A stretch of 24,111 nt of DNA from a bacterium (GTDB lineage: Bacteria > UBA6262 > WVXT01). Of this stretch, positions 1 through 7,825 are shown one piece after another (within the stretch, counting starts at the first letter, position 1; each line of letters starts with the position of its first letter). A program made the translations under genes and the position numbers. The stretch covers positions 1-24,111 of the forward strand of contig JBHIBS010000024.1 in NCBI GenBank assembly GCA_046759165.1, in the 5' to 3' direction. The notes below the pieces were generated by a model, which was not told the origin of the DNA, searched no databases, and saw only the letters and a list, made by a program, of their open reading frames with translations.

Positions 1-86
1 AAGTATTTTCAGTTTATTGATTTTCCGACGAGAAAATAGTTTTGTGACAGGCACATAAATAAATATGGATAGGAGGTGTAAACTAA

Positions 87-677
87 ATGAAGAGTTTTCG
101 GAATGTATTAGGGATTGTCTTTCTGGGTCTTATTCTGGTGGGAGTAGCGAGTGCCGTTAAGAGTCAGGAAGCCGCAAAAGAGACAACACGGGAAGAAACG
201 ACAGAGCAAGAGAGGCTGCGCGATAGGGAGAGGATTCTGGAAAACGAAAGTAAGATTCTTGAGAAATATGCTGAGCGCTTTGCAGTGGACACAGAGACTC
301 TGGCAGACTTAAGGGCAGAACGCATGGGTTATGGAGAAATCAGCCATGCACTTGTGTTTTCTGAAATGGCGGATATTTCACTGGAGGAAATTGTAGCCAT
401 GAGGGATGGTGGCAAAGGCTGGGGACAGATAGCTGAGGAGCTCGGGGTAAGATTTGGGAAGGTGAGAAGAGAAACGAAAAGAGAGTATCGCCGCATTAGG
501 CGCGAACTTACGCGCGAAGAGCGACGTACTCTCCGCCACTCTTGGAAGGAAAGGCGCAGGCGAGCCAAGGAAGTCGGCTCGCCACAACTTAAGTATAAAC
601 AGGGGAAGCTGGGTAAAGAATATGGACCACCAAAGAGAGGTCACGGAAGAGGCGGTGGAGGTCGGGGAGGACGCTGA
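87..677 (+). CDS. Hypothetical secreted/periplasmic protein with Arg/Glu-rich helical region and Gly/Arg-rich C-terminal tail
   Basis: 196-aa ORF; AGGAGGT SD just upstream; N-terminal signal peptide (MKSFRNVLGIVFLGLILVGVASA); two similar motifs GYGEISHAL and GWGQIAEELGV; ends RGHGRGGGGRGGR. Confidence 0.8.
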   Translation: MKSFRNVLGIVFLGLILVGVASAVKSQEAAKETTREETTEQERLRDRERILENESKILEKYAERFAVDTETLADLRAERMGYGEISHALVFSEMADISLEEIVAMRDGGKGWGQIAEELGVRFGKVRRETKREYRRIRRELTREERRTLRHSWKERRRRAKEVGSPQLKYKQGKLGKEYGPPKRGHGRGGGGRGGR

Positions 678-678
678 A

Positions 679-1143
679 ATGAGAAAAACATTTTCAATTT
701 TAGTATTGATGTTGATTTTTTTGAGTGTTTCCAGTAAAGGGCTGGCTTATGATAAGAACGATTTTGGCCTGGGGATCATTCTCGGTTCTCCCACAGGACT
801 CAGTGCAAAGCTCTGGCTCAGTAAAAGTAGTGCTTTCGATGCTGCGGCTGCCTGGTCTTTTAGCAGGAAGGGACGGCTTCAGATTCATGGGGATTATCTC
901 TGGCATAATTTTAACCTTATCAAAGTGGAGAAAGGTAATATGCCCCTATATTATGGTTTAGGGTTTCGGGTCAATTTTGGAGATGAGATAGAGGCAGGAG
1001 TGAGGTTCCCAATTGGGTTGGAGTATCTCTTTCCTGGGGCACCTTTCGATATTTTTGTAGAAGTGGGTCCTGTCCTCAGGGTCATTAAGAAGACTGATTT
1101 TGAAATTGATGGGGCTATCGGAGCACGTTTCTTTTTCAAGTAG
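679..1143 (+). CDS. Putative outer-membrane beta-barrel protein (DUF3996-like)
   Basis: ATG at 679 directly after the upstream stop with GGAGG SD (track start 622 is too long); signal peptide; FGLGIILGSPTGLSAKLWL motif; alternating amphipathic strands; aromatic C-terminus (GARFFFK). Confidence 0.7.
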   Translation: MRKTFSILVLMLIFLSVSSKGLAYDKNDFGLGIILGSPTGLSAKLWLSKSSAFDAAAAWSFSRKGRLQIHGDYLWHNFNLIKVEKGNMPLYYGLGFRVNFGDEIEAGVRFPIGLEYLFPGAPFDIFVEVGPVLRVIKKTDFEIDGAIGARFFFK

Positions 1144-1155
1144 AGTCTTGAGAAG

Positions 1156-2277
1156 ATGAGAAATACTATACAGTTGGGAAAAATTTTCGGTATTCAGATA
1201 AGGATAGATTACAGCTGGTTCATTATCTTTTTATTAATTACTTGGTCCTTGGGAAGCCACTACTTTCCCCATTACTATCAGGGCTGGCACTCCCTTACTT
1301 ATTGGATTGTCGCCTTATCGACCTGTTTGATATTCTTTGCCTCTGTATTGGCCCACGAATTGTCCCACAGTTTAGTCTCTAAGGCTCATGGAATCCCTGT
1401 CCGAGATATCACGCTCTTTATTTTCGGAGGAGCTGCCCAAATCGCAAGTGAACCTGAAAGGCCGGGGAAAGAATTTCTTATGGCCTTTGCAGGACCTCTG
1501 GTAAGTATTGTAATTGCCATCCTTTTTAGATTCGTTGTGGTTTTAATTGGTTCCCCCCTCCATCCTGTCACCGCTTTAGCATCTTGGCTAAGCAGGATAA
1601 ATCTTATACTCGCTATATTCAATTTGGTTCCCGGTTTCCCTCTCGATGGCGGCCGTCTTTTGAGAGCCGTTATCTGGAAGATAACTGGTAACTTTAAGAA
1701 AGCAACCCGGGTTGCTTCGGGAGCGGGTCAATTTGTAGCTTTTTTATTGATTTTCTTTGGTATATTTATGTTCTTTGCAGGGAGATTTCTTAATGGGATA
1801 TGGTTTGTATTTATTGGATGGTTCCTCAATAACGCTGCTGAGAGAAGTTACCGGCTGGTTGCCTTGAAAGATACGATGCGCGGGGTAACTGTGGAGGAAG
1901 CAATGGTTAGGGAATGTTATGGAGTGCCGGGCGATACCACGCTCGAACAGCTTATCTATGAACATATTATTCGGGGGGGCTCTCGCTGTCTGCCTGTAAT
2001 TGAGCATGGTCGAGTGCTGGGGCTTGTAACAGTACATCAGGTAAGAGAGGTTCCTCGCCATGCCTGGAGTAGTACCACTGTTAAACAAGTGATGATTCCT
2101 TTAGATAAGACAAAGGCAGTTAAACCCAGTGACTCTCTATTTTCTGTATTTGAGACAATGACTCGAGAAGATATCAGTCAACTTCCCGTTGTCCGGAACG
2201 GAGAATTAGTGGGTATAATAGGGAGGGACAATATTCTCAGTTTTATTCGTACACTTTCTGAACTGGGGATAGAGTAG
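1156..2277 (+). CDS. Site-2 protease (M50 family zinc metalloprotease) with tandem C-terminal CBS domains
   Basis: HELSH zinc motif, NLVPGFPLDGG motif, multiple TM segments, two CBS repeats (LPVIEHGRVLGLVT; LPVVRNGELVGII). Confidence 0.93.
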   Translation: MRNTIQLGKIFGIQIRIDYSWFIIFLLITWSLGSHYFPHYYQGWHSLTYWIVALSTCLIFFASVLAHELSHSLVSKAHGIPVRDITLFIFGGAAQIASEPERPGKEFLMAFAGPLVSIVIAILFRFVVVLIGSPLHPVTALASWLSRINLILAIFNLVPGFPLDGGRLLRAVIWKITGNFKKATRVASGAGQFVAFLLIFFGIFMFFAGRFLNGIWFVFIGWFLNNAAERSYRLVALKDTMRGVTVEEAMVRECYGVPGDTTLEQLIYEHIIRGGSRCLPVIEHGRVLGLVTVHQVREVPRHAWSSTTVKQVMIPLDKTKAVKPSDSLFSVFETMTREDISQLPVVRNGELVGIIGRDNILSFIRTLSELGIE

Positions 2278-2307
2278 AAATAAATTTTAATATTCCCAAG
2301 AGAAGAT

Positions 2308-2691
2308 ATGAAGATCAAAATTCGAGCGCCTTTTGGAAAATTGCTTGAGATGAAGGTTTTGGAAGCTAAAGATGGCTTTGGAAAAGTAGTGATGCCCTAC
2401 AGGAAACAGTTCACTAATCCCCATGGCTTAATTCATGGGGGAGTCATATGTTCTTTGGCTGATACTGCTGGAGCTGTGGCCTTGGCTATGAAATATGGTG
2501 ACAGAATGTACTTCACAGCTAAACTAGAGATGGGGTTTAAGTCTGCTATTGAAGATGGAGAAATTTTCGCTGAGGCAAGAATCATCAAAAGAAAAGGGAA
2601 GTTCTTGTTCTGCAGAATTGAAGTTAATGATGGAAAGAAAAAGTTATTAGCTACGGGTTCTGCTGTCTATTTTGTGCCTTCCGAGAAGTGA
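2308..2691 (+). CDS. PaaI family hotdog-fold thioesterase
   Basis: NPHGLIHGGVICSLADTAG motif; 127 aa. Confidence 0.9.
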   Translation: MKIKIRAPFGKLLEMKVLEAKDGFGKVVMPYRKQFTNPHGLIHGGVICSLADTAGAVALAMKYGDRMYFTAKLEMGFKSAIEDGEIFAEARIIKRKGKFLFCRIEVNDGKKKLLATGSAVYFVPSEK

Positions 2692-2775
2692 CCTTAAAGG
2701 GAATTCATATGCCAGGGAATAGAATTTCAAAATTTCAATTCGAAATTCCGAACAATCTTTGCGAAAGACTTGAGT

Positions 2776-2796
2776 CCGCCCGAAAGGGCGGTTTTT
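2776..2796 (+). terminator. Probable intrinsic terminator after the thioesterase operon
   Basis: CCGCCC-GAAA-GGGCGG perfect 6-bp GC stem with GNRA loop, followed by TTTTT. Confidence 0.7.
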
Positions 2797-2841
2797 ATAA
2801 ACTCCAATGAATTTGGACATTTTTGTTTCGGATTATGCACT

Positions 2842-2907
2842 GTCATTGCCAACGGAGTGAAGTCCCAACTGGTGGGGACCACGCTCCTTTCATTGGCTAG
2901 CAATGAC
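2842..2907. repeat. REP-like long imperfect palindrome (GTCATTGC...GCAATGAC)
   Basis: Nested stems: GTCATTGC(2842-49)/GCAATGAC(2900-07), GGAGTG(2854-59)/CGCTCC(2882-87), GTCCC(2862-66)/GGGAC(2875-79). Confidence 0.6.
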
Positions 2908-2959
2908 CCTTCGAGTCAAATCATAATTTTGTTGACATTGACCGGGAGTAGATTTGGCT

Positions 2960-3124
2960 GTGAAGAGAATCGATGAGTATGAATATTTTCTTTTGAAGAG
3001 AGTGGGCAAGACAATTTCAGATTACGAATTCATAGAGAATAATCTCAGAAATATCGTTGTTGTATCTGGTGGTAAGGATAGCCTATCTCTTCTGCGTCTT
3101 TTAACAGTCAGGGGTTTAAAATAG
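2960..3124 (+). pseudogene. Truncated N-terminal fragment of a TtcA-like PP-loop tRNA thiolase
   Basis: Manual translation from GTG 2960 (GGAG at 2945-48): MKRIDEYEYFLLKRVGKTISDYEFIENNLRNIVVVSGGKDSLSLLRLLTVRGLK*; PP-loop SGGKDS preceded by TtcA-like 'VGKxIxDY'; only 54 aa; missing from the ORF track. Confidence 0.75.
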
Positions 3125-3145
3125 ATTAAGGGAGGAGAGAACAGA

Positions 3146-4570
3146 ATGGTATATAAGCGGATAGAAGAGGGTACTATACAGAAGCTCAGAGATATCGTTG
3201 GCGAAGAGAACTTGATTTATGAACAGGAGAAAATGGTCGACTATAGCCATGACGAGTTTGCCCTCGAGTCGATAAGGAAACTTCCTGAGGTGGTGGTGAA
3301 ACCGAAAAACAGTGAGGAGATTTCCGAAATTCTCAAACTTGCCGATAAGGAGAAGTTTCCGGTCACTGCCCGGGGAGGTGCCACAGGACTTGTGGGTAGC
3401 TGCGTTCCTCTGTATGGCGGTCTGGTTCTTTCTCTAGAAAATATGAATGAGGTTCTGGAAGTAGATACAGAAAATCTTATGGCAGTGGTCGAGGCAGGTG
3501 TCCCATTAATGGAGTTCTATAAGAAGGTAGAAGAGGCGGGACTCTTCTTCCCTCCCCATCCTGGTGAGGAGAGTGCAAACATAGGAGGAGTTATAGCCAC
3601 CAATGCAGGTGGCTCAAGGGCAGTTAAATATGGAATAATAAGGAACTTTGTCAAGGGACTGGAAGTCGTTCTGTCCACAGGAGAAATAATAAACATCGGT
3701 GGAAAAATTATGAAAGACAGCGCTGGCTATAGCCTCCTCAATCTGATGATAGGCTCCGAAGGCACTCTGGGAATTATTACCAAAGCCACAATTTCTCTCC
3801 TCCTGCCACCAAGAGCTATGTTTACACTGGTTGTACCTTTCAATAGCGTTCGCGATGCCATAAAGACAGTTCCCTTGATAATAAAGAGTAAGACAGTTCC
3901 TATGGCAATAGAATTTCTGGAGAAGGAGCCCATCCTTGTTACTGAAGAGTATCTCCAGAAGAGATGGCCCTCTCGGGAAGGGGAGGCATATCTTATGATA
4001 ATAATAGATGGCTCCAGCGAACAAGAGGTGATGGAGCTTTCGGAATCTGTAGGAGAGTTATGTTTTGCCAATAATGCGCTGGATGTCTTTGTGGCCGATA
4101 CTAAAGAGAGACAGGATAATATATTGAACATAAGGAGCCAAATCTATGAAGCTATTAAGCCTTACACAATCGAGATACTGGACATCACCGTTCCGCGAGC
4201 ACAGATTACCGCTCACGTGGAGAAGGTACATGAGATCGCGGATAAATATGATGTCTGGTTGCCCACATACGGCCATGCAGGAGACGGGAATGTGCACACC
4301 CATCTCATGAAAGTCAAATTTAAGGAAGGGAAGATAGAAGAGGCAAAAGAAGGATGGGAGAAGAAGTATCGCCAGGTGCGAGAAGAACTCCACATAGATG
4401 GTATAAATAGAGGAGGAACTGTTTCAGGAGAACATGGGATAGGCATAGTGAAGAAGGAGTATCTATCTATGGCCCTGAGCGAAGCCCATATTGAGATTAT
4501 GAAGGGGATAAAGAAAATTTTCGATCCAGAAAATATTTTAAATCCAGGGAAGATATTTGACCTTGCTTAG
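3146..4570 (+). CDS. FAD-binding oxidoreductase, GlcD / D-lactate dehydrogenase (LctD) family
   Basis: RGGATGLVG FAD motif, ATNAGGSRAVKYG, GSEGTLGIIT, HAGDGNVH, SGEHGIG, ILNPGKIF; GGAGG SD. Confidence 0.92.
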   Translation: MVYKRIEEGTIQKLRDIVGEENLIYEQEKMVDYSHDEFALESIRKLPEVVVKPKNSEEISEILKLADKEKFPVTARGGATGLVGSCVPLYGGLVLSLENMNEVLEVDTENLMAVVEAGVPLMEFYKKVEEAGLFFPPHPGEESANIGGVIATNAGGSRAVKYGIIRNFVKGLEVVLSTGEIINIGGKIMKDSAGYSLLNLMIGSEGTLGIITKATISLLLPPRAMFTLVVPFNSVRDAIKTVPLIIKSKTVPMAIEFLEKEPILVTEEYLQKRWPSREGEAYLMIIIDGSSEQEVMELSESVGELCFANNALDVFVADTKERQDNILNIRSQIYEAIKPYTIEILDITVPRAQITAHVEKVHEIADKYDVWLPTYGHAGDGNVHTHLMKVKFKEGKIEEAKEGWEKKYRQVREELHIDGINRGGTVSGEHGIGIVKKEYLSMALSEAHIEIMKGIKKIFDPENILNPGKIFDLA

Positions 4571-4577
4571 GATCCTT

Positions 4578-4943
4578 CTATTTTCTTAAGATTACCCTTT
4601 TTTTCATTCTCTTTGCACAAAAAAATTTTTTGGCGAAATTTGCGGCTTTCTCTGTATCGAATTGCTTACAGGAGAATATGTTGATATAAGCAGAATTCCA
4701 GAGCTCGGAGAAATGGCCGATGATGGAACTGGACTCAATGAATTGGACGAGAGAATAGCCCGTAGTGTAAGGCTGCTTCAGTCCAAAGTGGAGAATAGAA
4801 GGTTTGCCACATTTTTTCATCTTTATTAGACTGCACAAATTATCGATGAAATCACTCAATTTCCTACGGGAGCGAATTGTTTTCTCATCGCAACCGTAGA
4901 GGTCAAGCATAAGTTCTGTGCCATAAGTTTCTCTTCTATCCAT
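4578..4943 (-). CDS. Divergent S-adenosylmethionine decarboxylase-fold pyruvoyl proenzyme (substrate uncertain)
   Basis: G-x-ELMLDLYGC N-terminus; GYSLVQFIESSSIIGHF aligns with the AdoMetDC cleavage region; AYINIFSCKQFD keeps the conserved Cys; overlaps speE stop by 8 nt. Confidence 0.8.
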   Translation of the reverse strand: MDRRETYGTELMLDLYGCDEKTIRSRRKLSDFIDNLCSLIKMKKCGKPSILHFGLKQPYTTGYSLVQFIESSSIIGHFSELWNSAYINIFSCKQFDTEKAANFAKKFFCAKRMKKRVILRK

Positions 4944-5802
4944 TTCTTTTAGTCTCCACTGTTTCCTTTATATGAGTGGGCAAGGCAAACGAAGCGAGAT
5001 GAATTTCCGGATTATAGTATCTGGTTTTTAGTTTAAATTTCCTATACCTTTTTTCTAGTTGTGATAGGCGGATATTCAGGGGATCAATCCCCTTAGAAGC
5101 GAAGACAAAACTGAAGAATCCGCCCACATAGGTGGGAATAGCTGTCAAAAAGATAGCCACAAAAGGGAATATTTTCTTCAGTCTTTTATATACATAAGGG
5201 AGTTCTTCTCTCTGAAGAAAAGGCGAGCCCGTCTGTTGAGCAAATATTCCGTCGCCGTTGGAAAGTGCATTAAAGGCATCCCGATAGAATTTCGATGAGA
5301 AAAGCACTTTTGATGGACCAATAGGGTCTGAAGAATCAATTATCGTCACGTCGAATTTTTCCTTGCATTCCTTAATGAAGTTTACTCCATTGTCAATTAT
5401 TATGTTAGCCCGCCTGTCGGCAAAAGAATTTCTACAAATGGGTGAAAGATAGGTTTTCGACAGTTCAATTACTTTCTCGTCTATTTCTACTAAAAATACT
5501 TCCTTAACCGGATGTTTCAGGACTTCTCTCAAGGCCCCTCCGTCCCCACCTCCGATAATTAGTACCCTTTTCGGATGAGAATGAGAGAGCATGGGTAAAT
5601 GAGTCAGCATCTCGTGGTAGATAAATTCATCTGCTTCTGTGGTCTGTACAATTCCGTCTAAAACTAATACCTTGCCAAATTCATAAGTATTTAAAATATT
5701 AATCTTCTGATATGGACTCTTCTTCGAAACGAGAGTTTCCTTAACCTTAAGCCCCAATTTCACCGAAGGGAAAAGAGACTCATAAAACCACGTTTCCTTC
5801 AT
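4936..5802 (-). CDS. speE: Polyamine aminopropyltransferase (spermidine synthase)
   Basis: LDGIVQTTEADEFIYHEML, VLIIGGGDGG, VEID, DSSDP motifs. Confidence 0.96.
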   Translation of the reverse strand: MKETWFYESLFPSVKLGLKVKETLVSKKSPYQKINILNTYEFGKVLVLDGIVQTTEADEFIYHEMLTHLPMLSHSHPKRVLIIGGGDGGALREVLKHPVKEVFLVEIDEKVIELSKTYLSPICRNSFADRRANIIIDNGVNFIKECKEKFDVTIIDSSDPIGPSKVLFSSKFYRDAFNALSNGDGIFAQQTGSPFLQREELPYVYKRLKKIFPFVAIFLTAIPTYVGGFFSFVFASKGIDPLNIRLSQLEKRYRKFKLKTRYYNPEIHLASFALPTHIKETVETKRNG

Positions 5803-6185
5803 TGCAGAATTCCCCTCTTAAGTTCCAGTAGCTGCATCTTTTTAGGCTTGAATGCCTTCTTTAATACAGGAATAGCTTTATATGGATTTACTTCCCCGCA
5901 GACAAAAATATCGATTGCCACATATCCAAACTCAGGCCAGGTGTGGATAGTGAGGTGGGATTCTTTAATAATTGCTATGCCCGATATTCCTTGGTTAGGA
6001 GAAAAATAGCGCAGTTTTATTTCTAAGAGGGTAGCGCCGGAGGCATCAATTGAATCAATCAAAGCTTTCTTAACTTTCTTTAAGGAGGTAATATTTATAG
6101 CTCCCCACAGTTCTAAGAGAAGGTGAGTCCCTGCGTAGTCAAATTGCTCGCACTTGCTGTAATATCCCCTCGCTTTCTTTTTCAT
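5799..6185 (-). CDS. speD: S-adenosylmethionine decarboxylase proenzyme (class 1B, short type)
   Basis: GTHLLLELWG; KESHLTIHTWPE (canonical E/SH cleavage site); DIFVCG; GGAGAGG SD; 4-nt overlap with speE start. Confidence 0.93.
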   Translation of the reverse strand: MKKKARGYYSKCEQFDYAGTHLLLELWGAINITSLKKVKKALIDSIDASGATLLEIKLRYFSPNQGISGIAIIKESHLTIHTWPEFGYVAIDIFVCGEVNPYKAIPVLKKAFKPKKMQLLELKRGILQ

Positions 6186-6338
6186 CCTCTCCCTTTTAAG
6201 TTGGTGGTAACTTACTAAGGAGTTCTTCTAATTTATTTAATAAATGCCGTTAGAAATTTTGCTATAAACCTTTACGCAGGAGATATTTCTAATGGAGTAA
6301 AGCTAAGTCATGGCTTTACCGGAATTTTGATTTTTGTT

Positions 6339-6367
6339 ATTTTAACATCTTAGAAAAAATTTGTCAA
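6339..6367 (-). promoter_or_regulatory. Sigma70-type promoter of the polyamine operon
   Basis: Minus strand TTGACA (6367-6362), 17 nt, TAAAAT (6344-6339), with extended TG. Confidence 0.8.
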
Positions 6368-6401
6368 CAGAATAGTTAAATTTTTCTCAAGACATAGATT
6401 G

Positions 6402-6430
6402 TTGACTTTGTCTCGGGATTATAGTAGTAT
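6402..6430 (+). promoter_or_regulatory. Sigma70-type promoter of the radical SAM gene (divergent)
   Basis: TTGACT (6402-07), 17 nt, TAGTAT (6425-30). Confidence 0.6.
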
Positions 6431-6473
6431 CGACCCGGTTCTGTTTTCCACTAGAAGTGAGTGGTGATTGCAG

Positions 6474-7813
6474 ATGGCATCTGCACTCTTAATATATCCA
6501 TGGATATACGATTTTGCCGCTTACGATTTATGGCTTAAGCTCCTAGGGTTACTCTATATAGCAAGCATACTAAGAAAACTCGCAATTAAGGTTAACTTTA
6601 TAGACTGTCTGGACAGATACCATGAGAGTTTGTCTCCTTCTTTAGGAAATAGTGTTTCTGAGAAGAAGTACGGTTGCGGGACATACTACTATGAAGAAGT
6701 AGAAAAGCCTCAACTGCTTAAGAAGTTTCCTCGAAAGTATAAGAGATATGGACTTCCTGTTCAGTTCTTTCTCGAAGAGATTGGCAAGTTGTCCACACCG
6801 GATATTATTCTGGTGAGTTCAGGTATGACCTATTGGTATCCCGGAGCCTTTGAAACAATTAAAACACTCAAAGTAAAATTTCCCGAAGTTCCCATAATTC
6901 TGGGAGGCACATATGCCACACTATGCTACCAACATGCACTCGAAAGCTCGGGAGCCGACTATGTATTTAAGGGAGGAGATCTGGGCAGGTTGATAAGATT
7001 GGTAGAAGAGATTACAGGAGCCGATTTCTCTAAAGGAAAATTGCCTTTAGATTCTTTCAGTTATCCATATCCAGCTTACGACTTATATCGAAGGAATGAG
7101 TATGTGGCTATAAGGACTTCTATGGGGTGCCCTTTCAGATGTACATACTGTGCTGTCAATCTATTGAACGGAAAATTTGAACAGCGAAAGCCAGAACTGG
7201 TGGTAAGAGAAATCGAGCATTTTCATAAAAATTTGAGCGTGAAAAATTTTGTCTTTTACACTATTCTTTATTGTTCGATGAACAGAAACATTTCAGGAGA
7301 ATCCTTGAGCTTATATTGAAGCTTAAACTCGATTGCTTTTTTCACAGGCCTAATGGGCTTCAAGCAAGATTCCTTACTTATGATGGGGCAAGATTGATGA
7401 ACAGAGTTAGCTTTATAAATCCGAGATTAAGTCTTGAAACAGTTAACGAGAAGAGGCAGATGGCGTCTGGAAATAAGGTTACCAGCGGAGAGGTAGAGAA
7501 AGCACTTCGCTATCTGGAAGAAGCGGGCTACTCTTCCAGCCAGGTCGGAATATATGTTATGATGGGCATGGCCGATCAGCCATTTGAAGAAGTCTATGAG
7601 ACGATGCAGTTTGTGCACAAACTGGGAGGCAAAATTTTGCTGGTAGAATACTCACCAATTCCGGGAACAAAGGAATGGGAGAAAAGTTTATTGGAGGATA
7701 ATCTCAATGCCCTTCTTCACAACAATTCATTATTTGCATTATACGATGTTAAAGATTGGAAGGAATTTCAGAAATTGAAAGACGAAGCACGAAGGCTAAA
7801 TCGAAAATATTAG
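6474..7813 (+). pseudogene. Frameshifted cobalamin-binding radical SAM protein
   Basis: ORF 6468-7319 carries the B12-binding-like N-domain (PWIYDFAAYDLW, MTYWYPG, GGTYATL) and CPFRCTYC; ORF 7271-7813 carries the rest (PNGL, LET, YSPIPGT); frame changes near 7260-7270 (FVFY then LLFDEQKHF in another frame). Confidence 0.8.
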
Positions 7814-7825
7814 AAAGAGTCCTTT

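Noticed and set aside
2747-2832. tRNA or hammerhead ribozyme in the cloverleaf-like region
   Set aside because: No GTTCRA T-loop, D-loop GG or 7-nt anticodon loop; the hammerhead CTGATGA...GAAA core is absent
2770-2976. 68-aa ORF in the track
   Set aside because: Runs across a terminator and a palindrome, has no SD or recognisable motif, and is probably spurious
6474-7813. Radical SAM gene as the missing NrdG activase
   Set aside because: It has a long B12-binding-type N-domain before CxxxCxxC and is frameshifted, unlike glycyl-radical activases
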